Positions 36,496 to 45,481 of a stretch of DNA of 64,000 bases are shown piece by piece. The stretch comes from a virus (lineage: Duplodnaviria > Caudoviricetes), in the IMG/VR virus record IMGVR_UViG_2511231200_000001. One strand, written 5' to 3'. Under the pieces are notes generated by a model, which worked only from the letters and a program-made list of their open reading frames with translations, made no database searches and had not been told where the DNA came from. The translations under genes were made by a program, and so were the position numbers. Position 1 is the first letter of the stretch. Every line of letters begins with the position of its first letter.

Positions 36496-36801
36496 CTACT
36501 CGGCAGACGGCTCCCCCTTCTTCGGGGGCCGCTTGGTCCCGCGCAGGCCCACGCTGATCTGCTGGGCGCGCGCCGGGGTCTTGCCGCCGAGGATCGAGCC
36601 GATCTCCGCCCAGGTCCTGCCCGCATCCCTCAAGGCGTTCACACGTTCCTGCCGGATCTGCCGCAGGCGACCATGCAGGTCGGGCCACTTGTCCAGCACC
36701 ACGGTCACGGCAGCGGCGCACGCCGCGTCGTCCTCCACTGCCGCGAACGCCTCGATGGCCTCAACCAACCGCTTCACCTCCTCGGGCTCCTTCGCCGCCA
36801 C
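36496..36801 (-). CDS. HTH repressor-like protein
   Basis: GGGAG RBS; RQERVNALRDAGRTWAEIGSILGGKTPARAQQIS. Confidence 0.75.
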   Translation of the reverse strand: MAAKEPEEVKRLVEAIEAFAAVEDDAACAAAVTVVLDKWPDLHGRLRQIRQERVNALRDAGRTWAEIGSILGGKTPARAQQISVGLRGTKRPPKKGEPSAE

Positions 36802-36838
36802 TGCCGCTCTCCCTTCTGAGAGGGCAACCACACAGCCA

Positions 36839-36880
36839 TTAAACCCTAGGGTTGCGTTCGATCGAAACCCTAGGGTTTAA
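36839..36880. promoter_or_regulatory. Divergent promoter region with two AACCCTAGGGTT palindromes inside one large inverted repeat
   Basis: TTAAACCCTAGGGTT-GCGTTCGATCGA-AACCCTAGGGTTTAA between divergent genes. Confidence 0.75.
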
Positions 36881-37006
36881 TGCTGTTGCGAGGCCGCCTC
36901 TCGGACTCGTGATCCATCAACACAACGGCCCCGACCCAATGGCGTTGCCGCGCCGGGTCGGGGCCAGATCCACCGTCCGCCCGCGAAGACCAGACGGAGA
37001 TCCGCC

Positions 37007-37174
37007 ATGGATGGTAACCGCACCAGCCCTGCCCCGCCCACGGACCGCGCCCCGAGACCGAACCCGATCCTCAGCGAACCAGCCACCGTCGAACGCTGCC
37101 GCGTCGACTACGGCACGGGAGCCCTTGACCGCGCAGCCCTCGACCGCGCCGCGCGCAAGGCGTACCGCGGCTGA
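37007..37174 (+). CDS. Small protein heading the membrane cassette (55 aa, missing from ORF track)
   Basis: GGAG RBS, ATG 37007; RPNPILSEPATVERCRVDY. Confidence 0.6.
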   Translation: MDGNRTSPAPPTDRAPRPNPILSEPATVERCRVDYGTGALDRAALDRAARKAYRG

Positions 37175-37285
37175 CCGCCGCCGCTCGGGGCCTGCCGCTA
37201 CCACGGGCAGGCCCCGTTCCTCTTCCCTTCCAGGGCGCACCCGCTGGGTTCCCCTTCGGACTGCGCCGGCACAGAACGGACCCCG

Positions 37286-38287
37286 ATGAGGACGCGCACG
37301 ATCACCCGAACTCGCATGGTGCGTCACACGATCGACGGTGTGACACGCCTGGTCGAGGAGCCCTACACCACGCAAGCACCAGCGCCCCCACTCGACTGGG
37401 ACCACGCCCTCCTCGCCGCCGTCACCGTCGCAGCCGCGACCCTGCTGCTGACCGCTCTCGTCTTCGGTGCCGCGTCCGGTGGCGCTCTGCTGTCCGAGGC
37501 CGTCCCCGCGCCCATCGCCTACACCATGGCCAGCGCGGTGGACTCCGGCTGGATCATCTGTATCGGCATCGAATACCTCGACCGCTGGCACGACGAACGC
37601 GCCGCCCTGCCTCGCTGGGCCGGATGGTGCTTCCTGATCGTCGCCATGGCCGAGGACGCTCTCAACGGCTGGCTGCACGGCAGTTGGCCCACCGGCCTGA
37701 CGGCCGCCGCGGTGTCGGGCGTCGCCAAGGTCGTCTGGACCGTAGTGATGCGACACCACGCGGTACCCCTGACTCCCCGAACCCGAGCGTGGCTGGCCGC
37801 AGAGAAGGCCGACCTCGGCGCGCAGGCAGCCCTCTTGGCGTGGCGCCGGCAGGCCGAACGAACCAAGGCCGTACTCGCTGCCCAACGCGCCGTCTACGGC
37901 GACGTGGTCGACGTCCAGGACGACAGCCCGAGCCCGCTGGTGGTGACTCGTGAAGCCCGCGATGCCGTGCAGGCCGCGATCAGTCACATGCCCGGCGCCA
38001 GCGCGGCGAAGGTCGCCGCTCAACTCGCCCACGCAGGGATCGAGATCGACGAACGTGTGGTGCAAGCGGTCGTCAACGACACCGCGAGCGACGACGACAC
38101 GCAGAACGTCCACGCCCTCCGTCCAGCCGCCAACACCCAGATCGCCGAGACCGTGCGAACGCTCCTCCGCTCCGGGATGCAGGACAAGGCCGAGCTGCGT
38201 AAGGCGGTGCTGCTGGCACACCCGCACGCCAGCCCCGAGACCATCCGCCGCACGATCAACAAGCTGACGGCGGCGAGCACACGATGA
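37286..38287 (+). CDS. Spd-like multi-TM protein with coiled coil and C-terminal HTH-like region
   Basis: Four hydrophobic segments, then helical region, ASAAKVAAQL and ASPETIRRTI. Confidence 0.7.
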   Translation: MRTRTITRTRMVRHTIDGVTRLVEEPYTTQAPAPPLDWDHALLAAVTVAAATLLLTALVFGAASGGALLSEAVPAPIAYTMASAVDSGWIICIGIEYLDRWHDERAALPRWAGWCFLIVAMAEDALNGWLHGSWPTGLTAAAVSGVAKVVWTVVMRHHAVPLTPRTRAWLAAEKADLGAQAALLAWRRQAERTKAVLAAQRAVYGDVVDVQDDSPSPLVVTREARDAVQAAISHMPGASAAKVAAQLAHAGIEIDERVVQAVVNDTASDDDTQNVHALRPAANTQIAETVRTLLRSGMQDKAELRKAVLLAHPHASPETIRRTINKLTAASTR

Positions 38288-38457
38288 CCACCCTCGCCCT
38301 GCTGATCTGGTCGTTGATCGCCCTCATCGGGCTCATCGGGCTGCACGCTTCCACCCGGCTACCCGGTTACGTCCCGAACCCCTACGTCCTCCCCGCCGCT
38401 AGCGTCACCGTCGTGCTGCTCGGCACCGGCGTCTACGCTCTCGCGCTCTCGCAGTGA
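38284..38457 (+). CDS. Small two-TM protein (57 aa, missing from ORF track)
   Basis: ATGA overlap; MTTLALLIWSLIALIGLIGL. Confidence 0.65.
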   Translation: MTTLALLIWSLIALIGLIGLHASTRLPGYVPNPYVLPAASVTVVLLGTGVYALALSQ

Positions 38458-38463
38458 GTTCCC

Positions 38464-39543
38464 ATGACCGACCGCGACACCACGAAGCCCACGGACTGGT
38501 GGACTCGGCTGTACAACCCCCTCTTCCCAGACACGGCCGAGCATGCCGGCAACCAGCGCCCGGACGGGACCGGCCAGGACGAATCCGGGACCGAGCGGGA
38601 GCGTCCGGGACTGGTCCCGGACCAGGCCCGGACCAGTGAACTGGCCCGAGGGACCGACGATCGCTCGATCCCGCCCACGTCCCGCCACACCGGCGGCGCA
38701 GGACGGCTGCCCGACTGGCGCAAGGGCGAGACCGCCGACCTCAGCCCAAGTACGCCCGACCCAGCGGGATCGTCCGGCACCGAGCCCAACGAGGTCCAGG
38801 ACGAGACCGACCATGACGGGACCGGTCCGGACCGCCAGCGGGTTTCCCCTCCCAGCCAGCAGGACGACGTTCCGGAAGACGGCCAGGAGGAAGAGCGCAC
38901 CGACGCTGACGAACACGGCGGACCACCGCAGGTCGAAGACCGCGACCCGCCCGGGCCGGGGGCACCCGCCAGCAGGATTACCCCTGGCCAGCCAGTCACG
39001 CGCCGCCGTTGGCATCCAGCCCCCGATGCCTGGCCCGGCTCAGGTACACATCACAACGGGCTGACCCCCCGGGTGATCCTCTTCAACGGCACGGCGGCAG
39101 CCGCTGGACACGTGACCGGAATCGAGCCCTTCCTCGGCCAAGTCCTCCCCATGGCCGGACGCAACGCCACCGCGGTGGTCGGCCTGGCTCTCGCCATGGC
39201 CGGTGCGACCGCGGCCTGGAAGATCGCAGGCCGTCCCAGCGTCGCCGCTGTCCTACCAGCGCCGCGAGCGTCCCGCGTACTGCTCACCGCCGGCGCCGCC
39301 TGGCTAGCCCGCACCTGCGCGCCGTACCCCGTGGCCTGGCTCGCGCAGCACGGCGCCAGCTGGGGTTTCGGCCCGGCACCGACCTCCCTGCTCCTCACCG
39401 CGACGGGCCTGTGCGGCGGCCTGTGGTGGCTGACCGTGCCCCGCACCCGCCGCTGGTGGTGGCCGCTGCGCTGGGTCGCCCGCATCCCGCTCGCCTCCGC
39501 GCTGCTCGCCACCGCCCTGTACGCCCCCGGCACCCACCTGTGA
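38464..39543 (+). CDS. Membrane protein with disordered acidic N-terminus and about 4-5 C-terminal TM helices
   Basis: DWWTRLY start; low-complexity linker; hydrophobic C-terminus. Confidence 0.7.
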   Translation: MTDRDTTKPTDWWTRLYNPLFPDTAEHAGNQRPDGTGQDESGTERERPGLVPDQARTSELARGTDDRSIPPTSRHTGGAGRLPDWRKGETADLSPSTPDPAGSSGTEPNEVQDETDHDGTGPDRQRVSPPSQQDDVPEDGQEEERTDADEHGGPPQVEDRDPPGPGAPASRITPGQPVTRRRWHPAPDAWPGSGTHHNGLTPRVILFNGTAAAAGHVTGIEPFLGQVLPMAGRNATAVVGLALAMAGATAAWKIAGRPSVAAVLPAPRASRVLLTAGAAWLARTCAPYPVAWLAQHGASWGFGPAPTSLLLTATGLCGGLWWLTVPRTRRWWWPLRWVARIPLASALLATALYAPGTHL

Positions 39544-39556
39544 AAGGCACCCTGTC

Positions 39557-40009
39557 GTGATCACCCTGGCCGCCGACGGTCTCGGCTCGCAGATCCTCGG
39601 CTCCATCACCCTGTCCGGCCTCGCCATGGCCAGCGCGGTCGCCCTGCTGATCGGCGTACGAGGCTCCGACCGCATCAAGCTCAACACCAAGGAGCGGGCT
39701 GGGGGGTTCGGGATCCTGTCCGGCACGCTGATGGTCGCGGCCGGGGGAACCTGGGCCTCGGTCGCTCACGGCCTGGGCAGCATCCCGACCTCCGTGCTCG
39801 GCAACGGCAGCAGCCTCGGCGACCCGGGCCAGGGCGGCATCGCCCTGGTGCTGACGATCGCGACCCTCGCGCCCCGCTGGCGACGGATGTGGATCCCCGC
39901 GGTGCTGGGCATCTCCGCAGCCGTGGTGTACGGCGCCGCCGGGGGCGTATGGAGCATCGCCAGCACCGCAGTACGCATGGGCATCGGACACCTCACCGGG
40001 TCGGCATGA
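39557..40009 (+). CDS. Gly-rich four-TM protein
   Basis: Nearly entirely hydrophobic, 150 aa. Confidence 0.7.
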   Translation: MITLAADGLGSQILGSITLSGLAMASAVALLIGVRGSDRIKLNTKERAGGFGILSGTLMVAAGGTWASVAHGLGSIPTSVLGNGSSLGDPGQGGIALVLTIATLAPRWRRMWIPAVLGISAAVVYGAAGGVWSIASTAVRMGIGHLTGSA

Positions 40010-40875
40010 TGGGCAGGTTGCGCGACGAACTGCTGATCCCGTTCCGGGGCGCGGGTGAGGCCGGCCGGGACCTGTGGGCGGGGACGCGGGTCCTGGTCAG
40101 TCTCGGCGGCCGGGGTCTGCGGCGCCTGGCCGTGCTGGCCCTGGGCGTGCTCCGGCCCCGCACCGGCGGCAAGGCGCTGGAGATGGCGGGGGCTGTGGTG
40201 TTGGCCGGTGTGGCTGTCGTCCCGCCGGTGTGGGCGGCCGGGGCCGTCGTGTGGCGGGTGGTGGCCCGCTACGGCTCGTGGATCGCGGGCGCGGGCGTGG
40301 TCGGCTGGGTGCTCGCGGCCTGGACAGTCTCTCCCCCGCGAGCAGAGCAGACCACCCTAAACGATCATGAAATGTCAGCGGGGGAGTACGACACCGAGCC
40401 GGACCCCGCAGAGGATGACGAGCCGGCGGTGGACCCGGACGACGTCGCCGAGCGCATGGTGCACCTGGTCGTCGAGGCGATCGCCGACGCCGCAGCCGCC
40501 GGGCGTGCGGGCGTCCACCTCGCGACGCTGCGCACGATGCTCACCGAGGCGGGCCTGCCCGCGCTGGAGGACGTCGAGGCCCTGCACACCTGGCTGAGGG
40601 GGCGCGGGATCCCCGTCGCCCGGAACCTCAAGGTGCGTGGGGAGAACAAACTGGGGGTGCGCGCGGACGCGTTGACGGCCTCCCTCGGGGTCCCGCTGCG
40701 GGAGGCCCTGGCCGCCCCCGGCTGGCGGGTGCAGGAGGGGGCTTCGGGCCGGGCCCCGGGGGCCGCCGTTGAGGGCCCGCCCGGGGCCGGCGGCGGGGCG
40801 GGGCGGGGCCGCGCCGTCGCCCCGCGTCCGGCCACTCCCCCGACACGGCCGCATGACCCCACTGGGGGCCGGTAG
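40006..40875 (+). CDS. Membrane-anchored protein with C-terminal soluble domain
   Basis: ATGA overlap; two TM segments; GVHLATL, NLKVRGENKLGVR. Confidence 0.65.
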   Translation: MMGRLRDELLIPFRGAGEAGRDLWAGTRVLVSLGGRGLRRLAVLALGVLRPRTGGKALEMAGAVVLAGVAVVPPVWAAGAVVWRVVARYGSWIAGAGVVGWVLAAWTVSPPRAEQTTLNDHEMSAGEYDTEPDPAEDDEPAVDPDDVAERMVHLVVEAIADAAAAGRAGVHLATLRTMLTEAGLPALEDVEALHTWLRGRGIPVARNLKVRGENKLGVRADALTASLGVPLREALAAPGWRVQEGASGRAPGAAVEGPPGAGGGAGRGRAVAPRPATPPTRPHDPTGGR

Positions 40876-40958
40876 ATCCGCAGGTCACGCGGCATCTACC
40901 GGCCCCATCTACTGCGCCTTCTACCCGCTCGTCTACCGGTCGTCTACCGGAGGTTGCT

Positions 40959-41195
40959 GTGCCCTACGCCTACGTCTGCCCCGTGTGCGGCATCACGTCC
41001 CGGCCGTACCTCACCCATCTCGGCGCAGAGCGCCACGGCTGGCGGCACCGCGGATTTGCGCACTGGGGCGACTATCCCGACGGCGAACACGTACGCCGCG
41101 TGTCGTGGATCGGACCGCAGCGCCGCGACGCCGCCGTGGTGACTGCTGTCGTCGCCGGCCTCCTCATCGCCGCATTCCTCAGCAGGTGGAGATGA
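40959..41195 (+). CDS. Small Zn-finger membrane protein
   Basis: GGAGG RBS; CPVC...H...H; C-terminal TM. Confidence 0.65.
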   Translation: MPYAYVCPVCGITSRPYLTHLGAERHGWRHRGFAHWGDYPDGEHVRRVSWIGPQRRDAAVVTAVVAGLLIAAFLSRWR

Positions 41196-41199
41196 CCAG

Positions 41200-41565
41200 T
41201 TGGAGATGACTGGGAGGCACCCCGCCGCAGAGGAGCAGCGCACCGTCCGTGCGGAACTCCGGGACCAACGCGTCAGGGTCTCATGGCTGTTCCGCAGCTG
41301 GCTGGACGAACGGGCCGCGCAGTGGGACAGCGCTGGGCCCGCACCGGGGGGTGATCCGGACAACGGGCCAGCACGGTTCGGCGACACTCCCGGTTTGCCG
41401 TACCTCTGCACCGTTCTCAGGAGTCCGGGACTCTGTCCCGGGGCCGGTCCAGGATCAGTCCGGGACCGGGACCGGGACCGGCATCGGCCCAGTCCCGGCC
41501 CAGTCCCGGCGATCGCTGCCTCTCCACCAGCGCGGGACAGCTGTGCCCGGGAAGGCAAGACGTAG
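41200..41565 (+). CDS. Hypothetical protein carrying GGGACC repeats
   Basis: 121 aa; repeat-derived RDRDRD. Confidence 0.45.
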   Translation: MEMTGRHPAAEEQRTVRAELRDQRVRVSWLFRSWLDERAAQWDSAGPAPGGDPDNGPARFGDTPGLPYLCTVLRSPGLCPGAGPGSVRDRDRDRHRPSPGPVPAIAASPPARDSCAREGKT

Positions 41566-41627
41566 GCCCCGCACCGTGCAGGTACGGGGCCTGGCTCGCT
41601 GTGACGGGGCCGCGATCGGCACGATGC

Positions 41628-42128
41628 TCACCCAGCTGACGCCTCGGACGCCGCTTCCAGTTCCTCGAGGCGCTTGGTCCACTTGGCGACCTGGTCCAGG
41701 TAGTTCTGGCGGGCCTTCGGCGCGTTGGGGCTGGCTTCGTCAGCAAGGGTCTGATACTTGGCGATCTTGTTCTTGGCCGCCACGAGCTTGGCCTCGGTAG
41801 GGTCGGCCTTGGGCCGGCCGTCCTTGCCCCCGCTGTGTCCACGCGCGATGCCGGAGACGCGCTGCACCTGCACGTCCAGGGCGCGGGCGATGTCCAAGTT
41901 CGGGATGCCGCGGCTCTGCGCTTCCAAGACCGCGAGTTGCCGGTACCGCTTGGCGAACTTTTGGAGTTCCGGGATGTCCCGGATGAAGTCGGACAGGGTC
42001 CTGGCGCGTTCGAGGGGTTCGGCATCGGCGAGGTCCTGGAAGAACCCTTCCAGAGGCCCTTTGTAGATATCGGGCAGTTCGGTTTCAGGCATACGGCCAG
42101 CGGCGCCAGCCGTGGAGTCGGCAGTCAT
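41628..42128 (-). CDS. HTH repressor, candidate cognate protein of the AGTCGGTACCGACT operators
   Basis: RQLAVLEAQSRGIPNLDIARALDVQVQRVSGIARG; three operators in its divergent promoter region. Confidence 0.7.
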   Translation of the reverse strand: MTADSTAGAAGRMPETELPDIYKGPLEGFFQDLADAEPLERARTLSDFIRDIPELQKFAKRYRQLAVLEAQSRGIPNLDIARALDVQVQRVSGIARGHSGGKDGRPKADPTEAKLVAAKNKIAKYQTLADEASPNAPKARQNYLDQVAKWTKRLEELEAASEASAG

Positions 42129-42141
42129 AAGCCCACAAGGT

Positions 42142-42293
42142 ATCCGGTACCGACTACATATTCAAGCTGCCGCCGACCGCAGGTCGCGTACATCCAACCC
42201 ATCACCCTAGCGCCCCCACGGACACACCTCTCGCGGCCCGCGAAAAATCCCCAATCGTTCGATACCGGCTTTTACTTTAAGTCGGTACCGGGT
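42142..42293. promoter_or_regulatory. Divergent switch region with three operators (42142, 42257, 42280)
   Basis: ATCCGGTACCGACT, GTTCGATACCGGCT, AGTCGGTACCGGGT in AT-rich DNA. Confidence 0.7.
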
Positions 42294-42334
42294 ATCCTGG
42301 AACAAAGCAACCCGCTCACCTGGAAGGACAGGAC

Positions 42335-42781
42335 ATGCCCAAAGCCCCTTGGTTCCCCCGGGTCACACGACTCGCTGTCAACTGGACCTGCGCCGACACC
42401 CACACCAGGGACTACTTCAAGGGCCCCGACGCACCGTTTTCCCGCATGGTCACCTGGACCACTGACCTCGCAGGCCGCGAGCTGATCACCGTGATGACCC
42501 CCAACGAGGCGCGGGCCATCGCTTACCACCTCGCCCGGCAGGCCGACGCGGCGGACCAGGCGAACACCACACAGGGCGACGGGAACTGCTACCCCGACGA
42601 GGCCAAGTGGGCCAGGTACCGCGGCGTCGTCATACCGCTGACCACCGTGGCAGCCTCCATGCTGCTCGATGACATCAACGCCGCCGCCCTGGCCGAGTGC
42701 ACCGCCTCAGCGCCCGCAGCTCGGTTGTCCACCGCTGTCCGGTCGCAGCTGAGCAGCCTGCACGCACTCACCCGCCGCTGA
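42335..42781 (+). CDS. Hypothetical protein
   Basis: GAAGGACAGG RBS; first gene after the switch. Confidence 0.6.
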   Translation: MPKAPWFPRVTRLAVNWTCADTHTRDYFKGPDAPFSRMVTWTTDLAGRELITVMTPNEARAIAYHLARQADAADQANTTQGDGNCYPDEAKWARYRGVVIPLTTVAASMLLDDINAAALAECTASAPAARLSTAVRSQLSSLHALTRR

Positions 42782-42792
42782 TCGACGCCTCA

Positions 42793-42821
42793 GCCCCGGG
42801 ATCGCACGACCAGCCCGGGGC
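42793..42821 (+). promoter_or_regulatory. Leader stem-loop with conserved CGCACGACCA loop (family of 12)
   Basis: GCCCCGGG-ATCGCACGACCAG-CCCGGGGC, 35 nt before ATG 42857. Confidence 0.7.
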
Positions 42822-42856
42822 CACTCCATCTGCATGCCCGAACCGAACGGAACCAT

Positions 42857-43456
42857 ATGGCTGCCACCGTGTACTGCCCGTACTGCTACCAGCCTGTGCG
42901 GACTACCGAGAACGGTCTCACCTCCACTCACGACTACCCCTACGACCGGGCCTACTTCGGCCAGTGCAAGGGGTCCGGGCAACGCCCGCTGACCGGGCCC
43001 GGAACACCGCCGGCAGCATGGGGTGCCAGCTCCGGGAAGACCTGGGTGGACCTTGGTGTGCTGCCCTCCCCGTTCCCCCACGCGGAGCGCGACGGCTGGA
43101 CCGTCACGATCACCGGACTCCGCTTCACCCACAGCGCTGCTTGCTGGTCATGCCGCCAGCCTGTCTACGTCGCGACGGACGGCGGGACGATCCGTCTCGG
43201 GTTCGACCACAAAGGGAGATCGTTCGAGGAGGAACGCCCCGGCCGCCGTGCCGCCTACAAGGGGCCATGCCCCAACGGGTGCGGCGAGCAGGTGACCATC
43301 GGCGCCGACAACCGTTGGCCCCAACGACAACTGCCGGTCGCGGACGCCCGGATAGCTCAGTACATCCAGTGGTACCGGTTGCGTCGGGACTTGGGCGTCA
43401 CCACCGTGGACATGACGCCGGCGGACATGGCGCGGCTACGGTCTCGCATCAGCTGA
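42857..43456 (+). CDS. Zn-binding hypothetical protein
   Basis: CPYC...H...C and CWSC...H...C. Confidence 0.6.
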   Translation: MAATVYCPYCYQPVRTTENGLTSTHDYPYDRAYFGQCKGSGQRPLTGPGTPPAAWGASSGKTWVDLGVLPSPFPHAERDGWTVTITGLRFTHSAACWSCRQPVYVATDGGTIRLGFDHKGRSFEEERPGRRAAYKGPCPNGCGEQVTIGADNRWPQRQLPVADARIAQYIQWYRLRRDLGVTTVDMTPADMARLRSRIS

Positions 43457-43526
43457 GATTCCCAGCACCGCCCGCCCCGCAGACGCAGCCGGGGGCGTCC
43501 CACTCAAGCTCATCGCCGACCGCACG

Positions 43527-43560
43527 GAAGCCCCCGCCCCTGATCGGGTCCGGGGGCTTC
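43527..43560. terminator. Hairpin between convergent genes, likely bidirectional terminator
   Basis: GAAGCCCCCG...CGGGGGCTTC. Confidence 0.6.
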
Positions 43561-43575
43561 ACCGGTCCGGGCCTG

Positions 43576-43821
43576 CTACTGGACCGCGAGTTCGTAGACC
43601 GGTTCGGTGTACGCCTGCTCTCGCTCCCAGGCCGCCACGGCCGTCTTCAGCACGAGGTCGGCAGCCTCAGGCCCGAACATCAGCAGGACGTCCGTTATCA
43701 GGTCGGCGGCTTGGAGCTCCACAGCGCGAGTCGCGGCATGCGGGTCGGCCATGCGGGAGTACTTCCGCATGGCTGCCGCAGCTGCCCGGCGCAGCCGCGG
43801 ATTCGGGACGTTGCACGGCAT
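43576..43821 (-). CDS. Small helical protein (81 aa)
   Basis: AAGGA RBS, ATG 43821; AADLITDVLL. Confidence 0.55.
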   Translation of the reverse strand: MPCNVPNPRLRRAAAAAMRKYSRMADPHAATRAVELQAADLITDVLLMFGPEAADLVLKTAVAAWEREQAYTEPVYELAVQ

Positions 43822-43907
43822 GAAGGGTTCCTTGTCTTCCGGGACCGGCATCGCCGGGGCCCATCGGTAGGTAGAGAGGCTGGTGCAATGCGAACTTCGA
43901 GGTGGGC

Positions 43908-43942
43908 GGCGCCCCGGGGTGGTCGTGCGAGCCCGGGGCGCC
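43908..43942 (-). promoter_or_regulatory. Conserved-loop stem-loop
   Basis: GGCGCCCCGGG stem, loop reads CTCGCACGACCAC on minus strand. Confidence 0.7.
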
Positions 43943-43952
43943 CCGTCGTTGG

Positions 43953-44225
43953 CTAGCTGGCGGCGATCCACGCCTTGGTGGAGGGGCCGCCGACGATCAC
44001 GATGCGCCCATCGGCCAGTTCGATGATGCGGGTGTACCTCTCGACCCACGTCCGGACCATTCGGAGGGGTTCCCCATCGGCCCGGTTCCGGTCGCCGGCA
44101 GCGTACAGACGACCGTCCCCGGTAGTGCCGCACCAGATCCAGCACGGGGTGGTGACGCCTCTGAACGTCCGCCATTCGGGTGCCGCCTGCGGTTCGGGCG
44201 CACTGTGCTGCTGGTCGTTGTTCAC
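43953..44225 (-). CDS. 90 aa protein, tandem paralog A
   Basis: AAGGAGG RBS, GTG; PEWRTFRGVTTPCWIWC. Confidence 0.7.
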   Translation of the reverse strand: MNNDQQHSAPEPQAAPEWRTFRGVTTPCWIWCGTTGDGRLYAAGDRNRADGEPLRMVRTWVERYTRIIELADGRIVIVGGPSTKAWIAAS

Positions 44226-44300
44226 CTGTTCCTCCTTCACTCCGAGGGGTCGGGTTCCCGACTCCGGCTGTCCGTTCCGTCGTGGTCGTTCAGCTGGGAC

Positions 44301-44335
44301 GGCGCCCCGGGGTGGTCGTGCGAGCCCGAGGCGCC
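44301..44335 (-). promoter_or_regulatory. Conserved-loop stem-loop
   Basis: Near copy of the 43908 hairpin. Confidence 0.65.
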
Positions 44336-44345
44336 GCGCAGTTGG

Positions 44346-44618
44346 CTAGCTGGTTGCGATCCACGCCCTGGTGGCGACTCCGCCGACCCGCAGGTGGTGA
44401 CCGTCATCCAACTCCGCGTAGCGCACGGAGTGTTTGATCCATGTGCGGACTACGCGACGCGGCTCACCGGCCGCCCAAGTACTCCTGTCGCCAGAGGCGT
44501 ACAGATGACCGCCCGAGGTGAGGCTGCACCAAATCCAGCACGGGGCGGTGACGCCCTTGAATGTCCTCCACTCCGGCGGCGTCTGCGGTTTGACCGCCGA
44601 CTGTTCGCGTTCGTTCAC
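44346..44618 (-). CDS. 90 aa protein, tandem paralog B
   Basis: AAGGAG RBS, GTG; PEWRTFKGVTAPCWIWC. Confidence 0.7.
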   Translation of the reverse strand: MNEREQSAVKPQTPPEWRTFKGVTAPCWIWCSLTSGGHLYASGDRSTWAAGEPRRVVRTWIKHSVRYAELDDGHHLRVGGVATRAWIATS

Positions 44619-44661
44619 CTGCAACTCCTTCGCTGCGAGGGGTGAGTGTCCCGACTGCTAC

Positions 44662-44704
44662 AATGATAAGTGGTGCCGACTTAGTTGACAAGTCGGCACC
44701 GACT
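44662..44704 (-). promoter_or_regulatory. Housekeeping-sigma-type promoter (TTGTCA-17-TATCAT) with paired operators at 44668 and 44691
   Basis: One operator sits in the spacer, the second overlaps the first base of the -35. Confidence 0.7.
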
Positions 44705-44738
44705 CCACTTACCGACCCTCAGTCACACCGGGCGGCCA

Positions 44739-45413
44739 TCAACGCAGCGCGATCCAGAACTGACGGCCGGGGTGGCCAAGAGCTATCGACCGCCCATCCC
44801 GAGTGCGCCCGACGCGGTAACCGCGCCCCACCTCCGGGTCCACCTCCATACCCACCACACGGTACGGCTCACCGGTGGCCTTCTTCGGGTCAGAGGACGC
44901 GATGAGGAATCCGTTCGCCTCCTCGCAGTACACCCAGAACGGTGCAGACACCCCCGTCAGGCGTCGCCGCTCCGGGAGCGCCAACGGAACGCTCACGACA
45001 TCGACACCCTCGCCCTGCACCGTACTGGCGTCCAGGTCGCCATACATCTTGGTCTGACGCAGGAAGTGCCGGACGCCCTCGCGCCCGATTCGGGCCACCG
45101 CGCCGTCCAGGTCGTCGGCGAAGTCCTCGCCGGACTCCACGAGTGCTTCCCTCAGGGCGTGCCGCGCGGCGCGAACCGCCCTGAGGACATCGGCGCCAGC
45201 ATTCAGCTGCCCCAGCACGAGATGCCAGGGGGTCGCCTCGGCTTCGGCGACCAACAGGCTCTTCCACAGGCGAGTGTTCGCCGGCTTGCCAGCGGCGAGC
45301 TGTCCAGCGAGTTCCCTGCGGGCGTCTTCCTCCTTGGCGATCGCGCTCGCGGCCCACTCGCGGGCAATTCCCTCCAACTCGCCGGGCTGCATGACGGCAT
45401 TGACGACAGTCAC
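44739..45413 (-). CDS. Hypothetical protein; N-domain paralogous to 47790-48188
   Basis: GGGAG RBS; AEATPWHLV...REGVRHFLRQT. Confidence 0.65.
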   Translation of the reverse strand: MTVVNAVMQPGELEGIAREWAASAIAKEEDARRELAGQLAAGKPANTRLWKSLLVAEAEATPWHLVLGQLNAGADVLRAVRAARHALREALVESGEDFADDLDGAVARIGREGVRHFLRQTKMYGDLDASTVQGEGVDVVSVPLALPERRRLTGVSAPFWVYCEEANGFLIASSDPKKATGEPYRVVGMEVDPEVGRGYRVGRTRDGRSIALGHPGRQFWIALR

Positions 45414-45481
45414 CAGGACTCCCTTCTCGGGGGCGCTTCCCCCTCACAACTTCATGTTAACCCATGCCGACTCGAATTCCT

